DNA of 64,000 nucleotides from an uncultured Candidatus Binatia bacterium (GTDB taxonomy: Bacteria; Desulfobacterota; Binatia; UBA9968; JAJDTQ01). Below the pieces are notes generated by a model. The model was given only the letters and a program-made list of their open reading frames with translations. It was not told the DNA's origin and did not search any database. The stretch spans positions 3,616,001 to 3,680,000 of the forward strand of contig OZ251459.1 in NCBI GenBank assembly GCA_965242525.1. The letters run 5' to 3'. Numbering within the stretch: the stretch's first letter is position 1; every line of letters begins with the position of its first letter. This document shows, one piece after another, positions 1 through 9,664 of the stretch. Both the position numbers and the translations under genes were made by a program.

Positions 1-194
1 CCGACCCGGCCGAACGCTTCCGCCAAATCGGGATGCCGTTCCAGGTTCACGGCCACGAGTTCCCTGCCGGCGGCCTCGCAGAACAGTTCCACCAGAGTGG
101 ATTTGCCCACTTGCCGCGCGCCGCGAACGACCAGCGGCTTGCGCCGGGGGCTGCGCAGCCAGTCCTGCAAGGCGTGTAGCTGATGGCGGTGCAC
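1..194 (-). CDS. AAA+ ATPase (AAA_14/DUF4143-type), 5' part only; runs off the window edge
   Basis: Manual translation from GTG at 194: MHRHQLHALQDWLRSPRRKPLVVRGARQVGKSTLVELF, with Walker A GARQVGKST typical of this family. Confidence 0.8.
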   Translation of the reverse strand, partial: MHRHQLHALQDWLRSPRRKPLVVRGARQVGKSTLVELFCEAAGRELVAVNLERHPDLAEAFGRV

Positions 195-409
195 GACCTG
201 AGAGTAGCCGTTCACACCCGTTAAATCAACATGTGTTTATGATTTTATGGGTATGTTTTGGGCTTGTCATCATCAAGGAGACCCTGTTCGATGAGGATGT
301 CGAAGGGGATTCCCTCACCCGAACCCCTTCCGAAGGGAAAGCGGTTTGTGCCCGGACGGGATCCTGGCCTCGCACCCCGAGGCCCCGTCTGCTACAACGG
401 GTGCGTTTC

Positions 410-1570
410 ATGAGCGCCATCAGCTTCATCGCCGACACGAAGGAAGACGCCGCCTTTCGACAGGAGGTGCGGCGCTGGCTGGCGGAGAACCTGCCGCCGG
501 AGTTGCAGGGCTGGTCCACCCGCCCGCCGCCCGAGATGATCCGGCCCTGGCAGCGCAAGCTGTACGACCGCGGCTGGATCGCGCCCAACTGGCCGAAGCA
601 GTACGGCGGCATGGAGGCCAGCCTCAACCAGCAGCTCATCCTCCAGGAGGAGTTCGGCCGGGCGGGCGCGCCAGTGCTGTCCCGGCAGGCGGTGGGGCAC
701 ATCGGCCCGATCCTGATACGCCACGGCACCGAGGCGCAGAAGGCCGAGCACCTGCCCAGGATGCTCTCGGGCGAGGCCCTCTGGTGCCAAGGCTATTCCG
801 AGCCGGGGGCCGGATCGGACCTGGCCAGCCTGCGCACCCGGGGGGAGATCGACGGCGACCACATCGTCATCAACGGCCACAAGATCTGGACCACCTGGGG
901 GCACCACGCCGACTGGATGTACGCGCTGGTCCGCACCGACCCGGATGCGCCCAGGAAGCAACTGGGCATCTCCATGGTGCTCATCGACCTCAAGACTCCG
1001 GGCATCACCATCCGCCCCATCCGGACGCTGGCCGACGACGAGGAGTTCGCCGAAGAGTTCTTCGACGACGTGCGCGTGCCCCGGACCAACCTGGTGGGCG
1101 AACTGAACGACGGGTGGCGCGTGGCCAAGGCGCTGCTCGACTCGGAGCGGCTCGGCAACGCCAACCCGCAGTTGGCCATCGACGTGCTGGACCGGGTGCG
1201 CAAGGTCGCCGGGGCCACAGGCGTCCTCGACGACCCGGCGTTCCGGGACCGGCTCACCCAGGCCGAGCTCGACGTGCTCGCCCAGTCCGCGGTCTTCGCC
1301 CACGCCGTCCAGATGGCCAAGGCCGGCATGGAGGTCGGCGCGGACTCGTCCTTCATCAAGATCGTCTCCACCGACGTCGTGCAACGGATCGCCGACCTGC
1401 TGCTGGACGCCGCGGGCGAGCACGGGGCCGAAGCCGGGCCGCTGGACACGCCGGACGGCCCGGTGGACGTCTCGGTCCTGTGGCGCGAGGTCCGGCGCAT
1501 CTCCATATTCGCCGGAACCAGCGAGATCCAGCGCAACGTCACAGCCAAGCGGGTCCTGGGCCTGCCCTGA
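410..1570 (+). CDS. Acyl-CoA dehydrogenase family protein
   Basis: FRQEVRRWL N-terminus, WCQGYSEPGAGSDLASL, NGHKIWTT, C-terminal IFAGTSEIQRN; start placed at ATG 410. Confidence 0.93.
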   Translation: MSAISFIADTKEDAAFRQEVRRWLAENLPPELQGWSTRPPPEMIRPWQRKLYDRGWIAPNWPKQYGGMEASLNQQLILQEEFGRAGAPVLSRQAVGHIGPILIRHGTEAQKAEHLPRMLSGEALWCQGYSEPGAGSDLASLRTRGEIDGDHIVINGHKIWTTWGHHADWMYALVRTDPDAPRKQLGISMVLIDLKTPGITIRPIRTLADDEEFAEEFFDDVRVPRTNLVGELNDGWRVAKALLDSERLGNANPQLAIDVLDRVRKVAGATGVLDDPAFRDRLTQAELDVLAQSAVFAHAVQMAKAGMEVGADSSFIKIVSTDVVQRIADLLLDAAGEHGAEAGPLDTPDGPVDVSVLWREVRRISIFAGTSEIQRNVTAKRVLGLP

Positions 1571-1586
1571 GGACACGGCTCCGGGG

Positions 1587-2354
1587 CTACCGGATACCGG
1601 GACCCGTCCGGCGCTTTTCTTCCGCTGCCTTCCAGCCGTCCCGGGCGTACCATTCGACCTGCCGGAACAGGCCGCTCAGTATCTTCACGTCGCGCTCCTC
1701 CAGGCCGGCGCGGCCGAGGATGCGGCGCAAGGCCAGCAGGATGTGCTCGGGGTTCTGCGGGTCGAGGAACCCCACTTCGAGGAGGGTCTCCCTCATGCGG
1801 TCGAACAAGGCCTCCACGGCCTCCGCGGGCGCGCGGTCGAGGGGGTCGCTCGGCCCCGGGTCCAGGGCCGCCACGTAGATCTCATAGAGGCACACCATGA
1901 CCGCCTGGGCCAGGTTGAGGGACGGTTGCTGCGGGTGGCTCGGAATGGTGACGAGCCGATGGCAATGCCTGATGTCCAGGTTGCTGAGCCCGTTGTCCTC
2001 CGGCCCGAAGACGAGGGCGGCCGGCTTGGCGTCGGCGCCCCGGACGGACGCCACCAAGTCCCGGGCCGCCTCCCGCGGCGGCCGCACATGGTCCCTGTAC
2101 AGGCCCTTGCGGCACGTGGTCCCCACCACCAGGCCGCAGTCCGCCACCGCTTCGCGTATGGTGTCGAACCGCCGCGCCCGCTCCAGCACGTCCTCGGCGT
2201 GAGCGGCCATGGCCCGGGCCATGAAGCTCCGGGTGCGCCCCCCGCCCACCAGCGCCAAGTCGCACAGGCCGGTATTCTTCATGGCCCGGGCCACCGACCC
2301 GATGTTGCCGGACCCCTTGGGCCGCACCAGGATCACACGGATATTGTCGAGCAT
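1587..2354 (-). CDS. trmJ: tRNA/rRNA 2'-O-methyltransferase, TrmJ/LasT (SPOUT) family
   Basis: IRVILVRP..GNIGSVARAMKN, LVFGPEDNGL, SLNLAQAV motifs. Confidence 0.88.
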   Translation of the reverse strand: MLDNIRVILVRPKGSGNIGSVARAMKNTGLCDLALVGGGRTRSFMARAMAAHAEDVLERARRFDTIREAVADCGLVVGTTCRKGLYRDHVRPPREAARDLVASVRGADAKPAALVFGPEDNGLSNLDIRHCHRLVTIPSHPQQPSLNLAQAVMVCLYEIYVAALDPGPSDPLDRAPAEAVEALFDRMRETLLEVGFLDPQNPEHILLALRRILGRAGLEERDVKILSGLFRQVEWYARDGWKAAEEKRRTGPGIR

Positions 2355-2440
2355 CCTTCCGAATCTCACTCCCGCTGAACGGGCGCGCCGCGGGTCACGG
2401 CAACCGAAGCCGTTCGACAGGCATCCTCAAACCGTACTCA

Positions 2441-2608
2441 GGAACCTCTGAACAATCCGGACAGGGGCATGAGCGCGTCCTTCGACTTCGCTTCGCTCAG
2501 GATGAATGGGGGACTTCGCTTCGCTACGCTCAGGACGAACGGGGACAAGGGCGTCAGGGTGAGGGAATCGGGAATCCATCCCGGATGTCTCGATTGTCCA
2601 GAGGTTCC
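2441..2608. mobile_element. MITE-like element, family A, with internal REP-like hairpin units
   Basis: Terminal inverted repeats GGAACCTCTGAACAATC ... GATTGTCCAGAGGTTCC; related copies at 50416-50556 and 55568-55740. Confidence 0.75.
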
Positions 2609-2609
2609 A

Positions 2610-3350
2610 TTACTCGGAGCGGCGCCGGGACCGGGCGATCATCGCCTTGAGGTCGTCCAGGGGGACGGCGCCGCCGACCACTTGGTCGCCGACGATGAGC
2701 GCGGGAGTCCCGTCGATGCCCAGGGCTTCGGCGAGTTTGCGGTTCCTGCCGATGGCGTCGAGGATCTCCGGGGCCTGCATGTCCTGGCTCAGGCGGCCGG
2801 TGTCCAGACCCACGGACCGGGCCACGGTCATGATGGCCTGCTCGCTCAGGGGTCCCTCCGCGGCCATCAGCGCCTCGTGGAGCTCGCGGTAGCCTCCCTG
2901 GGTCCTCGCCGCGAGCGCGGCGCGGGCCGCGGTGAACGACTCCTCGCCGAGGATGGGGAGTTCCTTGTAGATGACCCGGACCTGTGGGTCCTGTTCCGTG
3001 ATTTGGCCGAGCACCGGCGCGAAACGCCGGCAGTAGCCGCAACGGTAATCGAAGAACTCCACCACGGTCACGTCCCCGCGGGGGTTGCCTCCCACGGGCG
3101 AGTCAGGGTCTGCGAATATCTCCTCGCGGTGCTCCCGGACCGCGGCCCGGCTGCGTTGGGCCTGTTCCTCGCGCGCCTTGGCCCGGTAACGTTCCACCGC
3201 GTCCAGGATTACCTTGGGGTCCCTGAGCAGGTACTCGCGGACGATCTTCTCGATCTCCTCCACCGACCGCTGCCCCGCGGCCTGGTCCGCGGCTGCGGCC
3301 GCGGTCATGCCCAGGAAGAAGACCAGCACACACCCTGAGAAACGTAGCAT
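2610..3350 (-). CDS. DsbA/Com1-like thioredoxin-fold protein
   Basis: Signal peptide, VVEFFDYRCGYC (CxxC), GIDGTP cis-Pro loop. Confidence 0.92.
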   Translation of the reverse strand: MLRFSGCVLVFFLGMTAAAAADQAAGQRSVEEIEKIVREYLLRDPKVILDAVERYRAKAREEQAQRSRAAVREHREEIFADPDSPVGGNPRGDVTVVEFFDYRCGYCRRFAPVLGQITEQDPQVRVIYKELPILGEESFTAARAALAARTQGGYRELHEALMAAEGPLSEQAIMTVARSVGLDTGRLSQDMQAPEILDAIGRNRKLAEALGIDGTPALIVGDQVVGGAVPLDDLKAMIARSRRRSE

Positions 3351-3521
3351 CGAGCACCCTCCTTGATGAATCGAGTCGGATCGAGTCGGTCCTGCACCCA
3401 TGCGGTCACTCTACGCGAGAACGCCCGGCCGCGCCACCCTTGCCGCACACCGCACCGGGTCGCCCGTGCCCTGCTCGCGCAGCTCCCGCGGCTGCTCATG
3501 TCCTGCCGTGTTGGAAAGGGG

Positions 3522-3827
3522 GACGCTTCAGGAATTCGTGTGAGTTGCGACACTCTCCATCCCGTCATCCCCGCGAAAGCCCCGACTCGTCATTCCCGCG
3601 AAAGCATGTCCTCGCGGAAGCGGGGGCGGGAATCCAGACCTTGCGAGCAAACCCCATGGCGCCCTGTATGAGAGGGTTGTACAACGAGAGCGAGGAAAGC
3701 GGATGGATTCCCGCTTTCGCGGGAATGACGGAGGGTGGGGCGTTTGCGGGAATGACGGGGGTGAGCGTCCGCGGTGATGTCGCTTCCCTTTCCCTCCTAC
3801 CTTACCCACAAGAAAGCCGGAAGAACC
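3522..3827. mobile_element. Composite element, family C: CGTCATTCCCGCGAAAGCGGGAATCC-type palindromes with a very decayed GIY-YIG tail
   Basis: Inverted REP-like units flank a stretch reading RGLYNESEE; ends resemble those of 34175-34393. Confidence 0.65.
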
Positions 3828-3907
3828 AAAAGGGGAAGGTCCGGGCAAACCCGTGTCCGGGACAGGCTCCCGGCTCGTGACCCGGCGTGAACCCGTTCGC
3901 TCAGCCG

Positions 3908-4576
3908 TTATCCGCCCAGCAACCAGAACAAAACCGCTGCCAACAACACTGCGCCCAGACAGCCCCACGCGCAACCTGATCCCGCTTCGCTCCATTCCCG
4001 CCAAGTTTCAGTTGCACGCCGTTCCTGGCGTTCCACCCAAGCCTCCAGGTTAGCACGCTGTGGAGAGTCCGTGATTTCGAACTTGAACTCCAACGTTACC
4101 TTGCCGGTGGTTGGAAGCCCTCGTCTTTCCAACGTGGCCACGGGGTCGCGCAGCGCTTCCGTGATTTCCCTTAGCATCCTCCGGATCTGGTTGAGCAGAT
4201 GGCGATGCATGTCGGCCAGCAGTCCCCGGACGACGTCGGCTTTCGGATCGTTACGCCAGGCGCGCACCTCGTCGAGGTTCTTTCGCGTGTGGTTGAGGAT
4301 CACCTCGATCCGACCCACGGACGAGAACACTTCCGCAGCGGCAGCTTCTCCTCCCAGGAGATAGTCCAGACGCGTGAACTCGTCGGACAGACGCCCGACA
4401 AGGTCATGGTAACGTTCCGTGTGATCGCATATGGCGTCCACCAAGTCGGCAGGCGCCGCAACGGATCTGCCGAACGTCTCCTCTCGTTCGGGCCCTTCGG
4501 GGAACTTCGTCAGCAAGCGTCCGGCAGCTTCGCAAAGGGCGCGAAGCGTAGGCGGCAGCGGTGAATCGTCGCTCAT
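3908..4576 (-). CDS. Hypothetical helical protein with C-terminal transmembrane anchor
   Basis: 222 aa ORF co-oriented 25 bp downstream of the HIRAN gene; hydrophobic tail GCLGAVLLAAVLFWLLGG. Confidence 0.75.
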   Translation of the reverse strand: MSDDSPLPPTLRALCEAAGRLLTKFPEGPEREETFGRSVAAPADLVDAICDHTERYHDLVGRLSDEFTRLDYLLGGEAAAAEVFSSVGRIEVILNHTRKNLDEVRAWRNDPKADVVRGLLADMHRHLLNQIRRMLREITEALRDPVATLERRGLPTTGKVTLEFKFEITDSPQRANLEAWVERQERRATETWREWSEAGSGCAWGCLGAVLLAAVLFWLLGG

Positions 4577-4601
4577 GGCGCCTCACGCCCTTCGAGCCGG
4601 C

Positions 4602-5027
4602 TTACGCCTGGACGCGGGCGGCGATGGAGATCCCCACCCGTTTCCAGGGGTCCTGTGACTGCCGCAGTCGCGCGACCCGGGCCGAGAGCGACTCCCCGCG
4701 GTCCATCATCTGCGCCACCGCGGTGTTGGCCACACGGGGGACGTAACCGAGCTTGGCGTCGCCCCAGTACACGGCGACCGCCTGCCCGTCGTAGGGGTTG
4801 TCCCGCTCGCGCAGGAGACGCAGCGAATCGCCCTCGGAAAGACGGGGCCACACGGTCTCTCCGTCGTGGTACTGGAACCCGGCCACGGGGCTCTCCTGGA
4901 CCAGCAGTTCGCGGACGGTCTCCCTGCCGCGCAGCCGGCCGGACTGCATGGATTCCCGTGCGTGGCCCACGAAGGGGAGCGCCACGAACCCGGTGACCAG
5001 GGAATTGAGAAAACGTCTGCGCTTCAT
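4602..5027 (-). CDS. Stand-alone HIRAN domain protein with twin-arginine-like N-terminal leader
   Basis: VAGFQYH, LxREPDNPYD-like LLRERDNPYDGQAVAV, KLGYVPR; leader MKRRRFLNSLVTGFVALPFVGHA; GGAGG RBS. Confidence 0.9.
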   Translation of the reverse strand: MKRRRFLNSLVTGFVALPFVGHARESMQSGRLRGRETVRELLVQESPVAGFQYHDGETVWPRLSEGDSLRLLRERDNPYDGQAVAVYWGDAKLGYVPRVANTAVAQMMDRGESLSARVARLRQSQDPWKRVGISIAARVQA

Positions 5028-5065
5028 GGCGCAATCCTCCTCCTCGTCGAAGTATCGACGTCCTC

Positions 5066-5099
5066 ATACTAATCCCCCCGGTGTCTCACTACGTGAGCC
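5066..5099 (-). promoter_or_regulatory. Putative -10 element plus palindromic operator upstream of the HIRAN gene
   Basis: Inverted repeat CTCAC-TAC-GTGAG (5085-5097); on the minus strand GAGACA-N10-TAGTAT. Confidence 0.45.
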
Positions 5100-5155
5100 T
5101 GCAAGCGAAAAATTCGCAGCGCCGGACCCGCCTCCGCGGGCCGGAACCTCCCGGC

Positions 5156-6133
5156 TCAGCTTCGCTCGTACCGCTCCAGCGCCGCGGCCAGCCTCGCGCG
5201 TATTTCCCTCCGGAGGCTCGCCGGGCGCACCACTTCCACGTGGGGGCCATGCTTGAGGATGTCCATCACCAGTTCCCGGGGGTCGTTGTAGGGGACGCGC
5301 AACTCGAACCTGCCGTCTTCCCGGAAGCGGCCCTGCTGGTCCCGGTGCCAGTGCTCCTCGGCCACCCATCGGGCGCGTTCGGGCGAGAACGACAGCACCG
5401 CGGTATTGCGGGGGGAACCCGAGAAGATGCCGTAGGCGCCCGCAAAATGCCGGTCCAAGCGCTCGTCGTCGATGTCCACCGCGGTCTCGCCCGTGTCCCG
5501 GCCCTTCCGGATCCGGTCCAGCGAGAAGCTGCGCAACCCCCGCCGGGTATGGCACCAGGCGTCCAGGTACCAGTTGTCCCGGTAGTGGACCAGGCGTTGG
5601 GGGGACACCGTGCGTTGGGTGGCGGCGTCCCGTTCCCGCCCGTGATAGAGCATGGACAGCCGCCGCCGCTGCATCAGGGCGCCGGCAACGAGTATGAACG
5701 TATGGGGAGAGGCGGCGCGCGAGGCCATGGAAAGGATCCGCACGCGCCGGGTCACGTCGCCCCTGCCCAGGCGCTCGTGGGCGAGAAGGTGCTCGATGCG
5801 GTCGCGCAGCGGAGCGATGAAACCGTCCAGCAGTCCCGGCTCGACGCCGGCCAGGAGCTTCTGGGCGGCGAGCAGGGCGTGGAGCTCGGAGGCGTTGAAC
5901 CAGAGTCCGGGGAGCTCGTAGGCGTGCTCGCCGTCCTTCTCGTCGTAGTAGTAGCCGTTGCGCCGGCGGTCGTACCGGAGCGGCGCCCACAACAAGTCCC
6001 GGAGGTCCTCGATGGCTCGGTTGACCGTCGCCCGTGAGCATTCGAGGTTTTCCTCCAGGGTCTTGCGCGGGACCGGACCGCGGGAACCCCGAAGGATTCG
6101 ATGGAGCAGGTAGATGCGGTCGAAACGGTCCAT
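5156..6133 (-). CDS. HTH-WYL-WCX transcriptional regulator (YafY/PafC-like)
   Basis: N-terminal wHTH (LECSRATVNRAIEDLRD), RTVSPQRLVHYRDNWYLDAWC, RSFSLDRI, C-terminal GPHVEVVRPASLR. Confidence 0.93.
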   Translation of the reverse strand: MDRFDRIYLLHRILRGSRGPVPRKTLEENLECSRATVNRAIEDLRDLLWAPLRYDRRRNGYYYDEKDGEHAYELPGLWFNASELHALLAAQKLLAGVEPGLLDGFIAPLRDRIEHLLAHERLGRGDVTRRVRILSMASRAASPHTFILVAGALMQRRRLSMLYHGRERDAATQRTVSPQRLVHYRDNWYLDAWCHTRRGLRSFSLDRIRKGRDTGETAVDIDDERLDRHFAGAYGIFSGSPRNTAVLSFSPERARWVAEEHWHRDQQGRFREDGRFELRVPYNDPRELVMDILKHGPHVEVVRPASLRREIRARLAAALERYERS

Positions 6134-6166
6134 CTTGCGCGACTCCTGATGCGGCAGGGCGGCGCC

Positions 6167-7555
6167 CTACGCGCCATAGACCACTCCCGGCAGCCACGTG
6201 ACCAGTTCCGGCCAGAACCACAACAGCAGCAGCGTCAGGAGCTGGATGAGGATGAAGGGGAACGCGCCCCTGTAGATCTGCATGGTGGTGACCGAGGGCG
6301 GCGCCACCCCTCTCAGGTAGAAGAGCGCGAAACCGAAGGGCGGCGTGAGGAACGAGGTTTGCAGGTTGATGGCGATCATGACCCCGAGCCACACCGGGTC
6401 GAGTCCCATCTGGAGCAGGATCGGCCCCACGATGGGCACCACCACGAAGGTGATCTCGAAGAAGTCGAGGAAGAACCCCATGAGGAACATGACCGCCATG
6501 ACCAGCAGGAAGGCGGTCAGCAGCCCTCCCGGCAACTGCGTCAGGAAGTCCTGCACCAGTTCGTCGCCCTCGTAGCCCCGGAAGACCAGCGAGAACATGC
6601 TCGCCCCCAGGAGGATGACGAACACCATGCAGTTGATCTGCGTGGTGCTCCGCATGACCTCCTTCAGCACGGGGAGGCGCAACTGCTTCTTGACCGCCGC
6701 CAGCGCCAGCGCCCCCATGCAGCCCACGGACGCGGCTTCGGTGGGCGTCGCCACCCCGCCCAGGATCGAGCCGAGCACGCCCACGATGAGGAGGATCGGC
6801 GGGACCAGGACCTTGAAGGTGCGCAGGAGGAGCTCCCGCGGGCTCACCAGCGCCCGCTCCGCCGCCGGGATGGCGGGCGCCATGTGCGGCTTCAGGAACG
6901 CGAGGACGCCGATGTAGAGGATGTAGAGGGACACCAGCACCAGGCCCGGAAAGATCGCCCCTACGAACAGGTCCCCCACCGAGACCGAGCCCGGCGAGTA
7001 GTTGCCCAGGGCCAGTTGCGCCTGCTGGTGGGCCGAGCTCATGACGTCGCCCAGGATGACCAGGATGATGCTGGGGGGGATGATCTGCCCCAGGGTGCCG
7101 GACGCGGTGATGATCCCCGTGGCCAGCGAGGGGTCGTAGCGGTAGCGGAGCAGCGCCGGCAGCGAGATGAGCCCCATGGTGACCACGGTGGCGCCGACGA
7201 TGCCGGTGGACGCGGCCAGCAGGGCGCCGACCACGCAGATGGAGATGCCGAGGCCGCCCTTGATGTTGCCGAACAGGAGGCCCATGGTGGTGAGCAACTC
7301 TTCCGAGATCCGCGACCGCTCCAGCATGACGCCCATGAAGATGAACAGCGGGATGGCGATCAGCGTCTCGTTGCCCATGATGCCGTAGATGCGCTGGGGG
7401 AACGCGCTGAGGAAGACGAGGTCGAAGTGGCCCGTCCAGGCGCCGATGAGGGCGAAGGCGATGGCCGCGCCCGAGAGGCTGAAGGCCACGGGGTAGCCCA
7501 TCATCAGGACCGCCACCGTGACGAGGAACATGAGGAGCGGCAGCCAGGTCTCCAC
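6167..7555 (-). CDS. TRAP transporter large permease (DctM)
   Basis: AIPLFIFMG, GTLGQIIPPS, ATPTEAA, TPPFGFALF motifs; polytopic. Confidence 0.95.
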   Translation of the reverse strand: METWLPLLMFLVTVAVLMMGYPVAFSLSGAAIAFALIGAWTGHFDLVFLSAFPQRIYGIMGNETLIAIPLFIFMGVMLERSRISEELLTTMGLLFGNIKGGLGISICVVGALLAASTGIVGATVVTMGLISLPALLRYRYDPSLATGIITASGTLGQIIPPSIILVILGDVMSSAHQQAQLALGNYSPGSVSVGDLFVGAIFPGLVLVSLYILYIGVLAFLKPHMAPAIPAAERALVSPRELLLRTFKVLVPPILLIVGVLGSILGGVATPTEAASVGCMGALALAAVKKQLRLPVLKEVMRSTTQINCMVFVILLGASMFSLVFRGYEGDELVQDFLTQLPGGLLTAFLLVMAVMFLMGFFLDFFEITFVVVPIVGPILLQMGLDPVWLGVMIAINLQTSFLTPPFGFALFYLRGVAPPSVTTMQIYRGAFPFILIQLLTLLLLWFWPELVTWLPGVVYGA

Positions 7556-7570
7556 GCAGGCTCTCCCGCG

Positions 7571-8107
7571 CTAGCGGGTCTCCTCGGGAGAAGGCGCCGG
7601 GCCGCCGGCCAGCACCAGGAGGCTGCGGGCCGCCTGGGACAGCCCCTGGAGGCCTAGCAGCGCCGCGGCGAGCAACAGGACGGACTTCAGCAGGAACACG
7701 CCGGGGAGGCCGCCGGCCTCCTTCGATCCCTCGAACACCTTCCAGGACTCCGCCACGTAGGGGTAGCCGTAGTACAGGATCAGGAAACAGGTGGGCAGGA
7801 CCAGCAGCAGGGCGCCCAGCAGGTCCACCGCGGCCTTGTACGCCGGGCCCTTCGGGCGGTAGAGGATATCCACCCGCACGTGGCCTTCCTTGAGCAGTGT
7901 GTAGCCTGCGGCCAGCATGAACAGGACGCCGTGCATGAAGACCACCGACTCCTGCATCCAGATCCACCCCGTGTTGAAGCCGTAACGCAGCGTCACCACG
8001 ATGAACGTCACCACCGCCATGGCCAGGGTGAGCCACGCCGCGGCGCGCCCCACGCAATCGTTCAACGCGTCGAGCCGGACTACGAGGGTATGCAGCACGG
8101 TCTTCAT
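7571..8107 (-). CDS. TRAP transporter small permease (DctQ)
   Basis: Four TM helices, GHVRVDILY motif, lies between dctP and dctM. Confidence 0.93.
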   Translation of the reverse strand: MKTVLHTLVVRLDALNDCVGRAAAWLTLAMAVVTFIVVTLRYGFNTGWIWMQESVVFMHGVLFMLAAGYTLLKEGHVRVDILYRPKGPAYKAAVDLLGALLLVLPTCFLILYYGYPYVAESWKVFEGSKEAGGLPGVFLLKSVLLLAAALLGLQGLSQAARSLLVLAGGPAPSPEETR

Positions 8108-8231
8108 GGTCGGACGCTCCGGGAGCCCGTCCGCTCGAGGTCCCGGACCGGAGGGCCGCAGGGAGGATGGGACCGCCTCCGGGCCGGGCCGACGCGCGAG
8201 GGCGCCGACCCGGCCCGGGGCGCGCGGGTCT

Positions 8232-9326
8232 TCAGCCCTTGACGGCCAGGCTTCTCGCGGCGCTGAAGCCGGCTTCCCCGATCCGGTTCCAGTTGGAGGA
8301 CTGGGCGCGGAACCTGTCGAAGGACTCGAACACGGCCCTGGAAGCGGGGTCCGCCTTGGCGGTCTCGGCCACCACCTCGAGGCTCAGGTCCGCCATCTTC
8401 TTGAGCACGGCCTCGGGGAACTTCCGCAGCTTGACCTTGTGCTTCTGCACCAGCTCCACCAGCGCCGCGTTGTTGCGCGCGGTGAACTCCGAGAACATGT
8501 CGTTGTAGGCCGCCTTGGTGGCCTGGGCCACCACCGCCTGCAAGTCCGCGGGCAACTCCTCGTAGGCCTTCCGGTTGACGAAGGCTTCCAGCACCGTGCC
8601 GGGCTCGTGCCAGCCGGGCCAGTAATAGTAGCTGGCGGCCTTGTAGAAGCCGAAGGCCAAGTCGTTGTAGGGACCCACCCACTCGGTGGCGTCGATGGCG
8701 CCGGATTGCAGCGACGGAAAGATCTCGCCGCCGGGCAGGTTCACCACCGTGGCCCCGGCCCGCTTGATGACCTCCCCGCCAAGCCCCGGCATGCGCATCT
8801 TGAGGCCCTTGTAGTCGTCCACCGACCCGATCTCCTTGTTGAACCACCCTCCCATCTGCACGCCGGTGTTGCCGGTGGCGAAGGGCTTGAGGTTGAAGTC
8901 GGCGTACAGGTCGTCCCACAGCTTCTGTCCGCCGCCGTAGTGGATCCAGCCGGCCATCTCGTCGGCGTTGAGCCCGAACGGGACCGCGGCGAAGAACTGC
9001 GCCGCGGGGCTCTTGCCCTTCCAGTAGTAGGCCGCGGCGTGCCCCATCTCCGCGGTCCCCTGGGACACCGCGTCGAAGGACTCGAAGGGAGGGACCAACT
9101 CGCCGCCGCCGAAGACCTTGACCGTCAGGCGTCCGCCGGACATCTTGCCCACGATGTCGGCCAGGTAGTTGGCGCCGGTGCCCAGGCCCGGAAAGTTCTT
9201 GGGCCAAGTGGTGACCATCTTCCAGCGGTAGGTCTTCTGGGCGTGCACCGCGGGGGCGCCGGAGACCAGCGCTCCCGTGGCCAGGCCCGCGGTTCCCAAC
9301 GTCTTGACGAACTGGCGTCGTTTCAT
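8232..9326 (-). CDS. TRAP substrate-binding protein (TakP/DctP, alpha-keto-acid type), Tat-exported
   Basis: RRQFVK leader, WKMVTTWP, GNTGVQMGGWF, GLKMRMPGLGG, EWVGPYND. Confidence 0.93.
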   Translation of the reverse strand: MKRRQFVKTLGTAGLATGALVSGAPAVHAQKTYRWKMVTTWPKNFPGLGTGANYLADIVGKMSGGRLTVKVFGGGELVPPFESFDAVSQGTAEMGHAAAYYWKGKSPAAQFFAAVPFGLNADEMAGWIHYGGGQKLWDDLYADFNLKPFATGNTGVQMGGWFNKEIGSVDDYKGLKMRMPGLGGEVIKRAGATVVNLPGGEIFPSLQSGAIDATEWVGPYNDLAFGFYKAASYYYWPGWHEPGTVLEAFVNRKAYEELPADLQAVVAQATKAAYNDMFSEFTARNNAALVELVQKHKVKLRKFPEAVLKKMADLSLEVVAETAKADPASRAVFESFDRFRAQSSNWNRIGEAGFSAARSLAVKG

Positions 9327-9664
9327 TTCCTTCCCTCCTTTTCGTTGTGGCCTCCCCGACCCGGGGACGGCGTCCGGCCGGCAAGGCGGCCGTCGGCCTT
9401 CCGGTCGAGGCGGATGGCGTCATACTAGAGAAACTCGTCGAATCGCGTCAAGTCCATGAAGGACCCGCGGCGCCCCCCCTCGACCCGGGGGTTATACGCT
9501 TGACCGGCCGGAATTTGCAAATCCACAACAGCGCTTGACACAGGGCCGGAAGGGAAGTTACGGAATAGCCGGGAAAGCACCGGGGCGAGCACACCGGAGG
9601 GAGGCGGCGGTGGCTGACTGGCTCAAGGCGTTCCCCGGCAACGAGAGCGCCGAAACCGAGATCG

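Noticed and set aside
233-409. N-terminal extension of the acyl-CoA dehydrogenase from the ORF track
   Set aside because: Family similarity begins near ATG 410; the extension crosses the AT-rich divergent promoter region.
5064-8057. 997 aa ORF and similar long alternative-frame ORFs (11618-14338, 25015-27501, 40378-42645, upstream part of 52056-55400)
   Set aside because: Shadow frames of well-supported genes in high-GC DNA; Arg/Gly/Pro-rich or antisense with no motifs.
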